From Gammaproteobacteria bacterium (GTDB taxonomy: Bacteria; Pseudomonadota; Gammaproteobacteria; UWMA-0217), in the NCBI GenBank assembly GCA_027081275.1, contig JALWKV010000025.1, positions 2,141 to 66,140 on the forward strand: DNA of 64,000 nucleotides. Reading direction: 5' to 3'. Below are positions 40,477-53,018 of this stretch, piece after piece; within the stretch, counting starts at the first letter, position 1, and each line of letters begins with the position of its first letter. The position numbers and the translations under genes were made by a program. The notes below the pieces were generated by a model. The model had not been told where the DNA came from. It did no database searches and saw only the letters and a list, made by a program, of their open reading frames with translations.

Positions 40477-41810
40477 CAAGAAAATATTTTGGAACCGATG
40501 GCATTCGCGCCCGGGTGGGCGATCGGACCATGAGCCCCGATTTCATCCTCAAGCTTGGGTGGGCGGTCGGCAAGGTGCTGGCCAACCATTACCAGGGCTC
40601 GGTGCTGATCGGCAAGGATACGCGGATTTCCGGCTACATGCTGGAGTCGTCGCTACAGGCCGGATTGTCGGCGGCCGGCGTGGACATCAAGCTGGTCGGC
40701 CCCATGCCGACGCCGGCCATCGCCTATCTCACGCGTACCTTTCGCGCCTCCGCCGGTATCGTTATCAGCGCGTCGCACAACCCTTACTACGACAACGGCG
40801 TGAAGTTTTTCTCCGGCCATGGCCTCAAGCTGCCCGACGAGGTAGAGGAGGAAATCGAGGCGCAGATGGACAAGCCGATGGAGGTGGTGTCCTCCGACCG
40901 ACTCGGCAAAGCGCAGCGGATCAACGACGCTGCCGGTCGCTACATCGAGTTCTGCAAGCGGACGATTCCGTCGTCCGATGCCCTGCACGGCCTCAAGATC
41001 GTCGTCGATTGCGCCAATGGGGCGACCTACCACAGTGCGCCTCATGTCTTCTCCGAGCTCGGCGCGCAGGTGACGAGTATTGCCGCCGCACCCGATGGGC
41101 TGAACATCAATCGAGACTGCGGGGCAACGGCACCGCAGAGGCTTGCCGAGGCGGTCAAGAGCAATGGCGCCGATCTCGGTATCGCTCTCGACGGTGATGG
41201 TGACCGGCTGATCATGGTCGACGACAAGGGCGATATCGTCGATGGCGACGAAATCCTCTACGTTATTGCCCATGGCCGCAAGAAGGAAGGGCAGTTCAAG
41301 GGAGGTGTCGTCGGCACCCTGATGAGCAATCTCGGGCTCGAGCTGTCGCTGTCGCAACACGGTATTCCTTTCGAGCGTGCCAAGGTGGGCGACCGCTACG
41401 TCATGGAGCGACTGATGAGCGAGGGCTGGCAACTCGGCGGGGAATCATCCGGGCATATCATCTGCCTCGACCGGACCACCACGGGCGACGGCATCATCGC
41501 CGCGCTGCAGGTGCTGCACGTCATGATCAACAGCGGCCGGTCGCTGCGGGATCTGCGCGAGGGCATGCAGCGATTTCCGCAGACGCTGGTCAATGTGCCA
41601 TTGCGGTCGAAGATCGACCTCGAGAGCTCGGCGATCGTGCAGGAGGCGGTGCGCGAAGTGGAGGCGCAGCTCAGCGATCGTGGTCGCGTGCTGCTGCGGC
41701 CTTCCGGCACCGAGCCGCTGATCCGCGTTATGGTCGAGGGTCAGGACGAGCAGCTGGTGCACACCTATGCAACGCAGATTGCCGATGCGGTACGATCGGC
41801 CGCCGCCTGA
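40473..41810 (+). CDS. glmM: phosphoglucosamine mutase
   Basis: [16 protein letters not shown] and active-site [17 protein letters not shown] overlaps the folP stop (ATGA). Confidence 0.95.
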   Translation: MTRKYFGTDGIRARVGDRTMSPDFILKLGWAVGKVLANHYQGSVLIGKDTRISGYMLESSLQAGLSAAGVDIKLVGPMPTPAIAYLTRTFRASAGIVISASHNPYYDNGVKFFSGHGLKLPDEVEEEIEAQMDKPMEVVSSDRLGKAQRINDAAGRYIEFCKRTIPSSDALHGLKIVVDCANGATYHSAPHVFSELGAQVTSIAAAPDGLNINRDCGATAPQRLAEAVKSNGADLGIALDGDGDRLIMVDDKGDIVDGDEILYVIAHGRKKEGQFKGGVVGTLMSNLGLELSLSQHGIPFERAKVGDRYVMERLMSEGWQLGGESSGHIICLDRTTTGDGIIAALQVLHVMINSGRSLRDLREGMQRFPQTLVNVPLRSKIDLESSAIVQEAVREVEAQLSDRGRVLLRPSGTEPLIRVMVEGQDEQLVHTYATQIADAVRSAAA

Positions 41811-41842
41811 CGGAAAGGTGGCGTTCGCGGGGATGGCAAACG

Positions 41843-41870
41843 GCGGGGCGAGGCCCCGCTGTTTCGTTTT
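41843..41870 (+). terminator. intrinsic terminator after glmM
   Basis: GCGGGGC-GAG-GCCCCGC followed by TGTTTCGTTTT. Confidence 0.6.
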
Positions 41871-41951
41871 GGGTGTTGTTGCTTTCTGCGACGACCATCG
41901 GTAAGCTTCCCGCCTCTCGAATCGCACAGCAGATCACAGGGCTCGACAATA

Positions 41952-42713
41952 ATGCGAAAGGTACTGGTAGCAGGCAACTGGAAACTCAATGGTTCGCTCG
42001 CAGGCAATGAGGCGCTCGTCAAGGGTGTGCTCGCCGGGATGGGTGACGTCAAGGTCGCTGAAGTGGCAGTCTGCCCGCCCTATCCCTATCTGCCGCAGGT
42101 TGCCGAGCTGCTGGCCGGATCGGCCGTCAAGCTGGGTTCGCAGGACAACTCCGAACATGATTCCGGCGCTTACACCGGAGAGGTTTCGGCACCGATGCTC
42201 AAGGAGGTCGGCTGTCATTATGCGATCGTCGGTCACTCCGAGCGTCGCAGCCTGTTCGGCGAAACCGATGAGATCACGGCGAAGAAATTCCAGGCGGCGC
42301 AGAAGGCTGGACTCGTTCCGATTCTCTGTGTCGGCGAATTGCTCGAAGAGCGCGAGAATGGCACGACCGAGGAGGTGGTCGCCCGGCAGCTCGATGCGGT
42401 CGTCGAGCTGGTTGGCATTGCCGCGATGGCCGATTCGGTCATCGCCTATGAGCCGGTCTGGGCGATCGGCACCGGCAAGACGGCATCGCCCGAGCAGGCG
42501 CAGGCGGTTCACGAGTTCATCCGCTCGCGTATTGCCGCACAGGATGCGAGCGTGGCCGAGGGTCTGCGGATTCTCTACGGCGGCAGCGTCAAGCCCGACA
42601 ATGCGGCCGAGCTGTTCGCCAAGCCTGACATCGACGGCGGCCTGATTGGCGGCGCATCGCTGAAGGCCGAGGATTTTCTCGGTATTTGCACAGCCGCCAG
42701 CGCAAAAGGCTGA
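41952..42713 (+). CDS. tpiA: triose-phosphate isomerase
   Basis: AGNWKLNG, IVGHSERR and AYEPVWAIGTG. Confidence 0.95.
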   Translation: MRKVLVAGNWKLNGSLAGNEALVKGVLAGMGDVKVAEVAVCPPYPYLPQVAELLAGSAVKLGSQDNSEHDSGAYTGEVSAPMLKEVGCHYAIVGHSERRSLFGETDEITAKKFQAAQKAGLVPILCVGELLEERENGTTEEVVARQLDAVVELVGIAAMADSVIAYEPVWAIGTGKTASPEQAQAVHEFIRSRIAAQDASVAEGLRILYGGSVKPDNAAELFAKPDIDGGLIGGASLKAEDFLGICTAASAKG

Positions 42714-42719
42714 CGCACC

Positions 42720-43115
42720 ATGCTATATACGGTCCTGATGATCTCCGAAGTGCTGCTTTCCGTGGGCATCATTACGCTCGTGCTGATGCAGCATGGCAAG
42801 GGGGCCGATGCCGGTGCCGCCTTCGGCAGTGGCGCATCGGGAACCGTGTTCGGGTCGCGGGGCGCCGGCAATTTTCTGACGCGCACCACGGCCATTCTGG
42901 CGACGCTCTTTTTTCTCAACTGTCTGGCGTTGGCCTATATCGTCTCCTATCAGGCGAAAAACGCCGGCGGGGTTGAGTCGGTCATCGACAAGATCGAAGC
43001 AGGTTCGATGCAGGCGCCGGCCCAACAGGCGCCCGTAGCGGATATCCCGGTGGTGGAGACGCCAGCGGTAAAGCAGGAAACGGGGCAGCAACGTCCCGCC
43101 GATATACCTGAATAA
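42720..43115 (+). CDS. secG: preprotein translocase subunit SecG
   Basis: 131 aa. Two TM segments with [34 protein letters not shown]. Confidence 0.9.
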   Translation: MLYTVLMISEVLLSVGIITLVLMQHGKGADAGAAFGSGASGTVFGSRGAGNFLTRTTAILATLFFLNCLALAYIVSYQAKNAGGVESVIDKIEAGSMQAPAQQAPVADIPVVETPAVKQETGQQRPADIPE

Positions 43116-43116
43116 T

Positions 43117-43201
43117 GCCGATGTGGTGGAATTGGTAGACACGCTATCTTGAGGGGGTAGTGGCGCAAGCCGTGCCGGTTCGACTCCGGCCATCGGCACC
43201 A
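43117..43201 (+). tRNA. leuU: tRNA-Leu (anticodon GAG)
   Basis: 85 nt: GCCGATG acceptor, anticodon arm CTATC-TTGAGGG-GGTAG, long variable arm, GCCGG-TTCGACT-CCGGC, CATCGGC-A-CCA. Starts 1 nt after the secG stop, as with E. coli secG-leuU. Confidence 0.9.
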
Positions 43202-43523
43202 TTTTTCAGGTCTCTTTTTCTCTTTTCCGATCCGGCTCGCGCGATCGTTCGATTGCGGAGTCTCCTTGTCGTTTCAATGTCATGCCGGTCCTCGGGACTT
43301 CCCGTGGCGACCGTCTTTGTGCGTGCTTCTCTGCGCGCTACAGCCCCGTTTCACAATAAGTTAGCTTGATGTGGCGATAGAAACTCTTCGGGGAATCAGT
43401 TAGTGAGTCAGGGGGCGATTTCTGTCACAATACGCCGAATTCTGATTTCGACGTCAGGTTGTAACTACATCGTTTTTTGCGGGGTTTTCCGCTCGCAGGA
43501 ACGGCCACGAGGGAGCCTGAGGC

Positions 43524-43880
43524 ATGCTGGAGCAGTATCTTCCAATCCTGATTTTCCTCGCCATCGGAACGATCGTCGGCGGCGCCGCGCTGGGGATGGG
43601 ATTCCTGATGGGCAGTCGGCATCCCGATCCGGCGAAGGATTCACCGTACGAGTGCGGCTTCGAGGCGTTCGAGGACGCGCGGATGAAGTTCGACGTCCGT
43701 TTCTATCTCGTCGCCATCCTCTTCATCATTTTCGATCTGGAAATCGCGTTTCTCTTTCCCTGGGCGATCGTGCTCGACACCATCGGCTTGTTCGGTCTGG
43801 TGGCGATGGCGATCTTCCTCGGTATTCTCATTGTCGGTTTCATTTACGAGTGGCGCAAGGGGGCTCTGGAATGGGAATAG
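43524..43880 (+). CDS. nuoA: NADH-quinone oxidoreductase subunit A
   Basis: 118 aa, 3 [32 protein letters not shown]. Confidence 0.93.
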   Translation: MLEQYLPILIFLAIGTIVGGAALGMGFLMGSRHPDPAKDSPYECGFEAFEDARMKFDVRFYLVAILFIIFDLEIAFLFPWAIVLDTIGLFGLVAMAIFLGILIVGFIYEWRKGALEWE

Positions 43881-44347
43881 AAGGGGTGCTCGAAAAGGGG
43901 TTTGTCACCACCACGGCCGACAAGCTCATCAACTGGGCCAGAACCGGCTCGATGTGGCCGATGACGTTCGGCCTCGCCTGCTGCGCCGTCGAGATGATGC
44001 AGGCGGGTGCGGCGCGCTATGACCTCGACCGCTTTGGGATCATCTTCCGTCCCAGCCCGCGGCAGTCGGACGTGATGATCGTCGCCGGCACGCTCTGCAA
44101 CAAGATGGCGCCGGCGTTGCGCAAGGTCTACGACCAGATGGCCGAGCCACGCTGGGTGATCTCGATGGGATCCTGCGCCAATGGCGGCGGTTACTACCAC
44201 TACTCCTATTCCGTGGTGCGCGGCTGTGATCGCATCGTGCCGGTCGATATCTATGTGCCTGGCTGCCCGCCGACGGCCGAGGCGCTGCTCTACGGCATCA
44301 TCCAGCTGCAGGACAAGATCCGCCGCACCAACACCATCGCTCGCTGA
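43871..44347 (+). CDS. nuoB: NADH-quinone oxidoreductase subunit B
   Basis: [10 protein letters not shown] and GCPPTAE (N2 cluster cysteines). ATG at 43871 overlaps the nuoA end. Confidence 0.95.
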   Translation: MGIEGVLEKGFVTTTADKLINWARTGSMWPMTFGLACCAVEMMQAGAARYDLDRFGIIFRPSPRQSDVMIVAGTLCNKMAPALRKVYDQMAEPRWVISMGSCANGGGYYHYSYSVVRGCDRIVPVDIYVPGCPPTAEALLYGIIQLQDKIRRTNTIAR

Positions 44348-44362
44348 TCCGGAAGGCAGACC

Positions 44363-45073
44363 ATGACTGAAGCTACAGACGCGCTTGTGGATTCCTTGCA
44401 GAACGCCTTTCCGGGGGCGATCACCGCCGTCGCCGATGCGTTCGGTGAGCAGACGTTGACGATCGCGGCGGATCAGTTCTTGGCGGTCTGCAATAAACTG
44501 CGCGATTTCCATGGCTATGAGCAGCTCATCGACCTGTTCGGCGTCGATTTCATGGGTTACGGCTCGACCGAGTGGAAGACGGAGGAGGCATCGTCCTCCG
44601 GCTTCAGTCGCGGCGTCGAGCCGGTGACGGCTGGTCGCTTCACCTTCGACGAGGCGCCGGAGCCGGAAATGGCGGAAAACCGCTTCGCCGTCGAATATCT
44701 GCTGCTGTCCGTGGGGCGCAACCGACGCCTGCGTCTGCGCGTCTACTGTCCGGATACCGCCATGCCGATCGTGCCGTCGGTGGTCGAGATCTGGAATTCG
44801 GCCAACTGGTACGAGCGCGAGGCCTTCGATTTGTTCGGCATTCTGTTCGACGGCCATCCGGATCTGCGCCGGATTCTCACCGATTACGGCTTCGTCGGTC
44901 ACCCCTTTCGCAAGGATTTTCCCCAGATCGGTCATGTCGAGATGCGCTATGACCCCGAGACCCGCCGCGTCATCTATCAGCCGGTCACGATCGAGCCGCG
45001 CGTGCTGGTGCCCAAGGTGAGACGGGCGACCTGCGGCGAGACGCCGGCGCCGACAGGAGGCGACGATGCCTGA
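44363..45073 (+). CDS. nuoC: NADH-quinone oxidoreductase subunit C (not fused to D)
   Basis: [34 protein letters not shown]. Confidence 0.93.
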   Translation: MTEATDALVDSLQNAFPGAITAVADAFGEQTLTIAADQFLAVCNKLRDFHGYEQLIDLFGVDFMGYGSTEWKTEEASSSGFSRGVEPVTAGRFTFDEAPEPEMAENRFAVEYLLLSVGRNRRLRLRVYCPDTAMPIVPSVVEIWNSANWYEREAFDLFGILFDGHPDLRRILTDYGFVGHPFRKDFPQIGHVEMRYDPETRRVIYQPVTIEPRVLVPKVRRATCGETPAPTGGDDA

Positions 45074-46319
45074 GATCAGGAACTACACGCTCAACTTCGG
45101 TCCGCAGCATCCGGCCGCCCACGGCGTCCTGCGGCTCGTGCTGGAGATGGATGGCGAAGTCATCCAGCGCGCCGATCCGCATATCGGCCTGCTGCACCGC
45201 GCGACCGAGAAGCTGGCCGAAAACAAGCCCTACAACCAGAGCATCGGCTACATGGACCGGCTCGACTACGTCTCGATGATGTGCAACGAGCACGCCTATG
45301 TCATGGCGATCGAGAAGCTGGCCGGGATCGAGCCGCCGCTGCGGGCGCAGTATATCCGCGTCATGTTCGACGAGATCACCCGCATCCTCAACCATCTGCT
45401 GTGGATCGGCGCCCATGCGCTCGACGTCGGCGCGATGACGATGTTCCTCTACGCCTTCCGCGAGCGGGAGGACCTGATGGATGTCTACGAGGCCGTCTCG
45501 GGAGCGCGGCTGCATGCCACCTACTATCGTCCTGGCGGCGTCTACCGTGACCTGCCGGACAGCATGCCGAAGTACGAAAAGAGCCGCTTTCGCAGCAAGG
45601 CGGATCTGAAGCGTCTCAACGCCAATCGCGAAGGGACGATGCTCGATTTCATCGAGGACTTCACCAACCGCTTCCCGGGTTATGTCGACGAATACGAGAC
45701 GCTGCTGACCGACAACCGGATCTGGAAGCAGCGTCTGGTCGGCATCGGCGTCGTCAGTCCCGAGCGGGCGTTGCAGATGGGGCTCACCGGGCCGATGCTG
45801 CGTGGTTCCGGCGTCGAGTGGGATCTGCGCAAGAAGCAGCCCTACGAAGTCTATGACCGGCTCGATTTCGATATCCCGGTCGGCAAGGAGGGCGACTCCT
45901 ACGACCGTTATCTGGTGCGGGTCGAGGAGATGCGCCAGGCCAACCGCATCATCAGGCAGTGCGTCGACTGGCTGCGCGCCAATCCCGGCCCGGTCATGGT
46001 CGACGATCCGCAGATCGCGCCACCGTCGCGGGCCGAGATGAAAGAGGGCATGGAGTCGCTGATCGCCCACTTCAAGCTCTTCTCGGAGGGATACTGCCTG
46101 CCCGAGGGCGAGGTCTATACCGCCATCGAGCATCCCAAGGGCGAGTTCGGCATCAACATGATCTCCGACGGCGCCAACAAGCCGTTTCGGGTCAAGATCC
46201 GTGCGCCCGGCTACGCCCACCTGCAGGCGCTGGACGAAATGTCGCGCGGCCACATGCTGGCGGACGTGGTCACCATCATCGGCACACAGGACATCGTTTT
46301 CGGGGAGATCGACCGCTAA
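45066..46319 (+). CDS. nuoD: NADH-quinone oxidoreductase subunit D
   Basis: 417 aa with [15 protein letters not shown] and a DIVFGEIDR tail. Confidence 0.96.
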   Translation: MPEIRNYTLNFGPQHPAAHGVLRLVLEMDGEVIQRADPHIGLLHRATEKLAENKPYNQSIGYMDRLDYVSMMCNEHAYVMAIEKLAGIEPPLRAQYIRVMFDEITRILNHLLWIGAHALDVGAMTMFLYAFREREDLMDVYEAVSGARLHATYYRPGGVYRDLPDSMPKYEKSRFRSKADLKRLNANREGTMLDFIEDFTNRFPGYVDEYETLLTDNRIWKQRLVGIGVVSPERALQMGLTGPMLRGSGVEWDLRKKQPYEVYDRLDFDIPVGKEGDSYDRYLVRVEEMRQANRIIRQCVDWLRANPGPVMVDDPQIAPPSRAEMKEGMESLIAHFKLFSEGYCLPEGEVYTAIEHPKGEFGINMISDGANKPFRVKIRAPGYAHLQALDEMSRGHMLADVVTIIGTQDIVFGEIDR

Positions 46320-46831
46320 TGACGACACAGACAGGGCGAAAATCGGATCTGCTGGACGAGACGCTCAGGCAGGAAATCGACGACTGGCTGGCGCGCTACC
46401 CCGAGGACAAGCGGGAGTCGGCCGTGCTGGCGGCGCTGCGCGCGGTGCAGCATCACGACCCGCAGCATCATCTCAGCGTCGAGATGATGGATGCGGTCGC
46501 CGACTATATCGGCATGCCGGAGATTGCCGTCTACGAGGTGGCCAGCTTCTATTCGATGTACAACCTCGAGCCGGTCGGCAAGCACGAGATCTCCGTCTGC
46601 AACAACATCTCCTGCATGCTGCGCGGCGCGGACGAGATCGTCGCCCATCTGGAGAGGCGGCTCGGCATCAAGCTGGGCGAGACCACGCCGGATGGCAAGA
46701 TCTTCCTCAAGAAGGAGGAGGAGTGTCTGGCCGGCTGTTGCGGCGCGCCGATGATGCAGGTCGATCATGTCTACCATGAGCACCTCACCATCGAAAAGGT
46801 TGACGAGATTCTGGACCAGCTAAATGACTAA
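46319..46831 (+). CDS. nuoE: NADH-quinone oxidoreductase subunit E
   Basis: 2Fe-2S cysteines in [11 protein letters not shown]...[15 protein letters not shown] overlaps the nuoD TAA. Confidence 0.93.
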   Translation: MTTQTGRKSDLLDETLRQEIDDWLARYPEDKRESAVLAALRAVQHHDPQHHLSVEMMDAVADYIGMPEIAVYEVASFYSMYNLEPVGKHEISVCNNISCMLRGADEIVAHLERRLGIKLGETTPDGKIFLKKEEECLAGCCGAPMMQVDHVYHEHLTIEKVDEILDQLND

Positions 46832-48140
46832 CAGCATCTGCTTTACCACGCTCCAGTTCGGCGATCAGGCGCATACGCTGGAAAGCTACCGCAAGGTGGG
46901 CGGCTACGAGGCGCTGGAGAAGATCTTCAGGGAGAAGATGTCGCCGGACGATGTCATCGAGGAGGTCAAGAAATCCAATCTGCGCGGGCGGGGCGGCGCC
47001 GGCTTTCCCACGGGGCTGAAGTGGAGCTTCATGCCGCGCAGCGCGCCGGGGCAGAAGTACATCGTCTGCAATTCGGACGAGTCGGAGCCGGGCACCTGCA
47101 AGGACCGCGACATCCTGCGTTTCAATCCCCACGCGCTGGTCGAGGGGATGATCATCGCCGGCTACGCCATCGGCGCCACCGTCGGCTACAACTACATGCG
47201 CGGCGAGTTCCTCGACGAGCCGTACAAGCGTTTCGCCAGGGCCGTCGAGGAGGCCTACGAGGCCGGTTATCTCGGCAAGAACATTCTCGACTCGGGCGTC
47301 GATTTCGATCTCTACCCGACGCTGGGGGCGGGCGCCTACATCTGCGGCGAGGAGACGGCGCTGCTGGAATCGCTGGAAGGCAAGAAGGGGCAGCCTCGCT
47401 TCAAGCCGCCGTTTCCGGCCAACTTCGGACTCTACGGCAAGCCCACTACGATCAACAACACCGAGTCGCTGTCATCGATTCCGGCGATCATTCGCAACGG
47501 CGGTGAATGGTTCGCCGAGCTGGGCGTCGAAAAGGCCGGAGGCGAAAAGCTCTTTTCGGTATCCGGTCATGTCGCCAGGCCGGGCAACTACGAGATTCCC
47601 CTTGGCACGCCGTTCGCCGACCTGCTCGGCATGGCGGGCGGCATCTGGAAGGGGCGCAAGCTCAAGGCCGTCATTCCCGGCGGTTCGTCGGTGCCGGTCG
47701 TGCCCGGCGACGAGATGATGCGGCTCAACATGGACTACGACTCGATCGCCGCCGTCGGCTCCTTTCTCGGCTCTGGCGCCGTCATCGTCATGGACGAGAC
47801 CACCGACATGGTCAAGGCGCTGCAGCGGCTGTCGCGCTTCTACTACTCCGAATCCTGCGGCCAGTGCACGCCCTGCCGCGAGGGCACCGGCTGGCTCTAT
47901 CGCATGCTCTGCCGGATCGTCGACGGCAAGGGTCGCGCCGAGGACCTCGAAAAGCTCGACGACATCGCCGGCAAGATCATGGGGCGGACGATCTGCGCGC
48001 TCGGAGATGCCGCCGCGATGCCGGTGCAAAGTTTCATCAAGCACTATCGCCACGAATTCCAGTACTACATCGAACATGGCCACAGCATGGTGCCCGGCTC
48101 GACCGAATCTGAACTGATCGCAGGGGGGACGGAAGCATGA
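46824..48140 (+). CDS. nuoF: NADH-quinone oxidoreductase subunit F
   Basis: [13 protein letters not shown] (FMN site) and [12 protein letters not shown] (N3). Confidence 0.96.
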   Translation: MTNSICFTTLQFGDQAHTLESYRKVGGYEALEKIFREKMSPDDVIEEVKKSNLRGRGGAGFPTGLKWSFMPRSAPGQKYIVCNSDESEPGTCKDRDILRFNPHALVEGMIIAGYAIGATVGYNYMRGEFLDEPYKRFARAVEEAYEAGYLGKNILDSGVDFDLYPTLGAGAYICGEETALLESLEGKKGQPRFKPPFPANFGLYGKPTTINNTESLSSIPAIIRNGGEWFAELGVEKAGGEKLFSVSGHVARPGNYEIPLGTPFADLLGMAGGIWKGRKLKAVIPGGSSVPVVPGDEMMRLNMDYDSIAAVGSFLGSGAVIVMDETTDMVKALQRLSRFYYSESCGQCTPCREGTGWLYRMLCRIVDGKGRAEDLEKLDDIAGKIMGRTICALGDAAAMPVQSFIKHYRHEFQYYIEHGHSMVPGSTESELIAGGTEA

Positions 48141-50512
48141 GCGAGAAGATTACCCTCGAGATCGACGGCGTCACGGTCGAGGCCACGCCGGGGCAGATGC
48201 TGATCGAGGTTGCCGACGGCGCCGGCATCCAGATTCCCCGATTCTGTTACCACAAGAAGCTTTCCGTCGCTGCCAACTGCCGCATGTGCATGGTCGAGGT
48301 GGAGAAGGCGCCGAAGCCGCTGCCGGCCTGCGCCACGCCCGTTGCGCCGGGCATGAAGGTCTATACCCGCTCGGAGCTGGCGCGCGACGCCCAGCGCGGC
48401 ACGATGGAGTTTCTGCTGATCAACCATCCGCTCGACTGCCCCGTTTGCGATCAGGGGGGGGAATGCGAGTTGCAGGATCAGGCCGTGGCCTACGGCAGCG
48501 GCGTGTCGCGCTATACCGAGATCAAGCGCGCCGTTCCCGACAAGGACATAGGCCCGCTGATCGCGACCGAAATGACGCGCTGCATCCACTGCACCCGCTG
48601 CGTCCGCTTCGGCGAGGAGATCAGCGGCGTGCGGGAAATGGGCGCCACCGGCCGCGGCGATCGCATGGAGATCGGCACCTTCATCGCCCGCAGCGTCGAT
48701 TCCGAACTCTCCGCCAATATCATCGATCTCTGCCCGGTGGGCGCGCTTACCGCCAAGCCGTCACGGTTCCAGGTGCGTCCCTGGGAGCTGGTCGAGCATG
48801 CCTCCATTGCGCCGCACGACGCGGTTGGCTCCAACATCACGGTCCACACGAAGAACGGCCGCGTGATCCGGGTCGTGCCGCGCGACAACGAGGCGGTCAA
48901 CGAATGCTGGATCTCGGATCGCGACCGCTTCTCCTATCAGGGCATCTATGCCGATGATCGCTGCCTCGAACCGATGATCAAGCGCGAGGGCGAGTGGCAG
49001 CGCGCTTCCTGGGAGGAGGCGCTCGAGCTGGTCAACCGGCGTTTTGGCGAGATTGGCGGCGACGATATCGGCGCACTGCTGTCGCCCAACTGCAGCGTCG
49101 AAGAGCTCTATCTGGCGCAGCAGTATCTGCGCGGCATGGGCGTGACGGCGATCGACCACCGCCTGCGCGAATCCGATTTCAGCGATCAGGATGCGCTGCC
49201 GCTGTTTCCCTGGCTCGGCGCGAGCCTTGAGGATATTGAATCTCTCGACAGCCTGCTGCTGGTCGGTTTCGACGCCCGGCGGCAGGCGCCGCTGCTGGGG
49301 CATCGCATCCGCAAGGCCGGGCTGGCCGGCGCGGGCATCGCGTCGATCAACTGTCAGGACTACGACTTCCGCTTTCCGCAGTATGCACAGGCCGTCGTCA
49401 GCCCCGACGGCATGGTCGGGACGCTGGCCGCCGTCGCCGGCCTGCTGCTGGAGAAGGCCGGCAAGCAACCGCCGGCAACGCTGAAAAAGCTCATCACCGG
49501 CGCCGAGGCGGGCGAGGCGGAGAAGGCCATCGCCGACAGTCTGGCCGACGCCGACAACGCCCTGCTGCTGCTCGGCGCCGATGCGCTGCACCATCCGCAG
49601 GCCGCCCTGCTGCGGGGCCTAGCGACGATCTGCGCCAAGCACGGCAAGCTGCGTATCGGCCTCGTCGCCGAAGGCGCCAATGGGGCCGGCGCCTGGCTCG
49701 CCGGCGCGGTGCCCCACCGTGGCCCGGCCATGGAGACGCTCGAGAATGCGGGCGCGACGGCGGGCGAGATGCTGCGTGACGGCAGAAAGGGCTGGTTCCT
49801 GATGAATCTGGAGCCGGAATTCGATCTGGCCGACCCGGCAACGGCGCTGCAGGCGCTCGACGCGGCCGAATTTGTCGTGGCGATGACGCCCTATGCCAGC
49901 GCCAGCACCTTCGACTACGCCGATGTCATTCTGCCGATGACGACCTGGCTCGAGCACGCCGGCACTTTCGTCAACACCGAGGGGCGCTGGCAGAGTTTTC
50001 GCGCCGCGATCGAGCCGCTGGGCAACGCCCGTCCGGGATGGAAGATTCTGCGCACGCTCGGCGCGCTGGCCGGGCAGGCGGATATCGACTATCTCTCCGC
50101 CAATGCCGTTCGCGATGCGCTGCGGCAGCGTTTCGGCGCCGACTTCAAGTTCGAGTCGCTCGGCAAGCTGGCGCGGAAATATCCCCGCGCCGAGGCGACG
50201 ATCGGGCTGTCGCGCATCGGCAGCACCGCTATCTACGCCAGTGACGCCATCGTGCGACGTTCGCCGGCGCTGCGCGCCACGCATTATGGCGCGGACCAGG
50301 AAGCGGCGGTGATGAACGGCACCGAGGCGGAAAAGTACGGGGTGGCGAAGTCGGAGCAGGTCAGGGCGACGCAGGGCAAGCAGTCTGCCGAGCTGCCGCT
50401 GGTCATCGACGATCGCGTGGCCGCCGACAGCGTGGTCATTCGCGCCGGCACCGAGCTCGGCAGCCGGTTGGGGCCGATCTGCGGCGCCGTCAAGATAGAA
50501 AAATCGAACTGA
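48137..50512 (+). CDS. nuoG: NADH-quinone oxidoreductase subunit G
   Basis: 791 aa. N-terminal [33 protein letters not shown] and [10 protein letters not shown] clusters. Confidence 0.96.
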   Translation: MSEKITLEIDGVTVEATPGQMLIEVADGAGIQIPRFCYHKKLSVAANCRMCMVEVEKAPKPLPACATPVAPGMKVYTRSELARDAQRGTMEFLLINHPLDCPVCDQGGECELQDQAVAYGSGVSRYTEIKRAVPDKDIGPLIATEMTRCIHCTRCVRFGEEISGVREMGATGRGDRMEIGTFIARSVDSELSANIIDLCPVGALTAKPSRFQVRPWELVEHASIAPHDAVGSNITVHTKNGRVIRVVPRDNEAVNECWISDRDRFSYQGIYADDRCLEPMIKREGEWQRASWEEALELVNRRFGEIGGDDIGALLSPNCSVEELYLAQQYLRGMGVTAIDHRLRESDFSDQDALPLFPWLGASLEDIESLDSLLLVGFDARRQAPLLGHRIRKAGLAGAGIASINCQDYDFRFPQYAQAVVSPDGMVGTLAAVAGLLLEKAGKQPPATLKKLITGAEAGEAEKAIADSLADADNALLLLGADALHHPQAALLRGLATICAKHGKLRIGLVAEGANGAGAWLAGAVPHRGPAMETLENAGATAGEMLRDGRKGWFLMNLEPEFDLADPATALQALDAAEFVVAMTPYASASTFDYADVILPMTTWLEHAGTFVNTEGRWQSFRAAIEPLGNARPGWKILRTLGALAGQADIDYLSANAVRDALRQRFGADFKFESLGKLARKYPRAEATIGLSRIGSTAIYASDAIVRRSPALRATHYGADQEAAVMNGTEAEKYGVAKSEQVRATQGKQSAELPLVIDDRVAADSVVIRAGTELGSRLGPICGAVKIEKSN

Positions 50513-50522
50513 CAAGGTATCC

Positions 50523-51593
50523 ATGGAAACGATAGCCGCATTACTGGATTTCCTGCCGCAAGAGCTGGTGACCGTCGTCCTGATCCTGATCAAGATCGTG
50601 GCGATTCTGCTGCCGGTATTGCTGGCTGTCGCCTATCTGACGCTGGCCGAGCGCAAGGTCATCGGCTACATGCAGATCCGCATGGGGCCCAACCGGGTGG
50701 GGCCGAAGGGGTTGCTGCAGCCGATTGCCGACGCCGTCAAGCTGATGTTCAAGGAAATCATCATTCCGGCGAACGCCAGCAAGTTCTTGTTCGTACTCGC
50801 GCCGGCAATCTCGCTGGCGCCGGCGCTGGCGGCCTGGGCCGTGGTGCCGTTCTCCGAGACCTTGGTGCTGTCGAACATCAACGCCGGTTTGCTCTACATC
50901 CTCGCGCTCACCTCGCTTGGCGTCTATGGCGTCATCATCGCCGGCTGGGCCTCCAACTCGAAATACGCGCTGCTGGGAGCGCTGCGGTCCGCGGCGCAGA
51001 TCGTCGCCTACGAGATCGCCATGGGCTTCGCGCTGGTCGGCGTGCTGATGGCGGCGGGCAGCCTCAACCTCGGCGAGATCATCGAGGCGCAACGGGGGGG
51101 CATCCATCACTGGTTCTTCATTCCGCTGATCGGCCTGTTTCTGGTCTATTTCATTTCCGGCGTCGCCGAGACCAATCGCGCGCCGTTCGACGTGGCCGAG
51201 GGCGAGTCCGAGATCGTCGCCGGTTTCCATGTCGAATATTCGGGCATGGCGTTTGCCGTCTTCTTCCTCGCGGAATACGCCAACATGATCCTGATCGGCG
51301 CGCTGACGACGATACTCTTTCTCGGCGGCTGGCTGTCGCCGTTCGACGGCATTCTGCCGCAATCGGTATTGTCGATTCCGGTGCTCGGTTCGCTGCTCGG
51401 CAGCGGCGTCCACTGGTTCGTTTTCAAGACCTCCTTCTTTCTGCTGCTGTTTCTCTGGTTTCGCGCGACCTTTCCGCGCTATCGCTACGACCAGATCATG
51501 CGGCTGGGCTGGAAGGTGCTCATTCCGGTGACACTGGTGTGGATTTTCGGTGAAGGTCTGGCGATCGCGCTGGGCTGGAAACCCTGGCAATAA
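50523..51593 (+). CDS. nuoH: NADH-quinone oxidoreductase subunit H
   Basis: 356 aa polytopic. [20 protein letters not shown] and [15 protein letters not shown]. Confidence 0.96.
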   Translation: METIAALLDFLPQELVTVVLILIKIVAILLPVLLAVAYLTLAERKVIGYMQIRMGPNRVGPKGLLQPIADAVKLMFKEIIIPANASKFLFVLAPAISLAPALAAWAVVPFSETLVLSNINAGLLYILALTSLGVYGVIIAGWASNSKYALLGALRSAAQIVAYEIAMGFALVGVLMAAGSLNLGEIIEAQRGGIHHWFFIPLIGLFLVYFISGVAETNRAPFDVAEGESEIVAGFHVEYSGMAFAVFFLAEYANMILIGALTTILFLGGWLSPFDGILPQSVLSIPVLGSLLGSGVHWFVFKTSFFLLLFLWFRATFPRYRYDQIMRLGWKVLIPVTLVWIFGEGLAIALGWKPWQ

Positions 51594-51606
51594 CGGGTGG
51601 CTGCAG

Positions 51607-52095
51607 ATGGGTGATTTCCGACATTTCGTAAAGAGCTTTACCCTCGTCGAACTGCTGAAGGGGATGAGCGTCACCGGGAAGTATTTCTTCTCGCGCAAGT
51701 TCACGATCCGCTATCCGGAGGAGAAGACGCCGCAGTCGCCGCGCTTCCGCGGCCTGCATGCGCTGCGCCGCTATCCCAACGGCGAGGAGCGCTGTATTGC
51801 CTGCAAGCTTTGTGAGGCGGTGTGTCCGGCGCTGGCGATCACGATCGAGTCAGAGGAGCGCGAGGATGGCACCCGGCGCACGACGCGCTACGACATCGAT
51901 CTGTTCAAGTGCATCTTCTGCGGCTTCTGCGAGGAGGCCTGTCCGGTCGATTCGATCGTCGAGACGCGCATCTACGAATACCATTTCGAGCAGCGCGGCG
52001 AGCAGATCATGACCAAGGACAAGCTGCTGGCGCTCGGTGACAAGTACGAGGAACAGATCGCCAAAGACCGCGCCGCCGACGCGCCGTACCGCTAG
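51607..52095 (+). CDS. nuoI: NADH-quinone oxidoreductase subunit I
   Basis: Two 4Fe-4S motifs, [12 protein letters not shown] and [12 protein letters not shown]. The ATG at 51607 is preferred over the ORF-track start at 51550. Confidence 0.94.
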   Translation: MGDFRHFVKSFTLVELLKGMSVTGKYFFSRKFTIRYPEEKTPQSPRFRGLHALRRYPNGEERCIACKLCEAVCPALAITIESEEREDGTRRTTRYDIDLFKCIFCGFCEEACPVDSIVETRIYEYHFEQRGEQIMTKDKLLALGDKYEEQIAKDRAADAPYR

Positions 52096-52110
52096 GAGCC
52101 GAGATACCCA

Positions 52111-52716
52111 ATGACCTTTGTGCAGTTTCTTTTCTACTTCTTCGCGGCCATCCAGATTTTGGCGGCGCTGCGCGTGATCACGGTGCGCAATCCGGTTCAC
52201 GCGGCGCTGTTTCTGGTGCTCACCTTCGTCTCCGCCGCCTGCCTGTGGATATTGATGGAGGCAGAGTTTCTCGGCCTGTTGCTGGTGCTGGTCTATGTCG
52301 GCGCGGTCATGGTGCTGTTCCTCTTCGTCGTGATGATGCTCGACGTCAATATCGCCGAGATTCGAGAAGGCTTCGCCAGCTATGCGCCGGCGGCGCTGGT
52401 GGTTGCCGTCATCATGGTGATCGAGATGGGGATGGTGCTGACCCATCGCATCTTCAACGTGCGTCCGCCGCTGGAGAAGGCATCGGATGTCAGCAATACC
52501 GAGGCGATCGGACGGGTGATGTACACCGACTACGTCTATCCCTTCGAGATCGCGGCCGTCGTGTTGCTGGTGGCGATCATCGCCGCGATCGCGCTGACGC
52601 TGCGGCGCCGGCCGGAAACCAAGTACCAGACGCCGATCGAGCAGATCAGGGTACGGCGCAACGACCGTGTGCGATTGGTAAAAATGAAGGCGGAAAAAAA
52701 GGAAAGCGGCTCATGA
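52111..52716 (+). CDS. nuoJ: NADH-quinone oxidoreductase subunit J
   Basis: 201 aa, hydrophobic. [17 protein letters not shown]. Confidence 0.92.
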   Translation: MTFVQFLFYFFAAIQILAALRVITVRNPVHAALFLVLTFVSAACLWILMEAEFLGLLLVLVYVGAVMVLFLFVVMMLDVNIAEIREGFASYAPAALVVAVIMVIEMGMVLTHRIFNVRPPLEKASDVSNTEAIGRVMYTDYVYPFEIAAVVLLVAIIAAIALTLRRRPETKYQTPIEQIRVRRNDRVRLVKMKAEKKESGS

Positions 52717-53018
52717 TCCCTCTGACGCATTTTCTCGTGCTCGGCGCGATTCTCTTTTCGATCAGCGTCGCCGGCATCTTTCTCAACCGCAAGAACATCA
52801 TCGTGCTGCTGATGTGCATCGAGCTGATGCTGCTGGCGGTGAATACCAATTTCATCGCCTTCTCGCACTATCTGGGCGACATCTCCGGTCAGGTGTTCGT
52901 GTTCTTCATTCTGACCGTGGCGGCGGCCGAGGCGGCGATCGGTCTCGCCATTCTCGTGGTCGTCTTCCGCAACCGCAGGACGATCAATGTCCAGGATCTC
53001 GACGAGATGAAGGGGTAG
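52713..53018 (+). CDS. nuoK: NADH-quinone oxidoreductase subunit K
   Basis: 101 aa with [12 protein letters not shown] and [16 protein letters not shown] overlap with nuoJ. Confidence 0.93.
   Translation: MIPLTHFLVLGAILFSISVAGIFLNRKNIIVLLMCIELMLLAVNTNFIAFSHYLGDISGQVFVFFILTVAAAEAAIGLAILVVVFRNRRTINVQDLDEMKG

Noticed and set aside
43403-43870. 314-aa ORF (43403-44347) extending nuoB upstream across nuoA.
   Set aside because: The upstream part is an alternative frame over nuoA with no NuoB similarity. NuoB homology starts at the ATG at 43871. The same reasoning applies to the long upstream extensions of glmM (40272), nuoE (45959), ratA (19308), folP (39550) and dnaQ (17749).
44363-45073. NuoC insertion of about 30 aa ([24 protein letters not shown]...) as a novel feature.
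   Set aside because: I recall similar ...YG..EW.T..A...GFSRG... insertions in NuoC of other gammaproteobacteria, so it is probably a lineage trait rather than a novelty. I cannot verify this without alignment.
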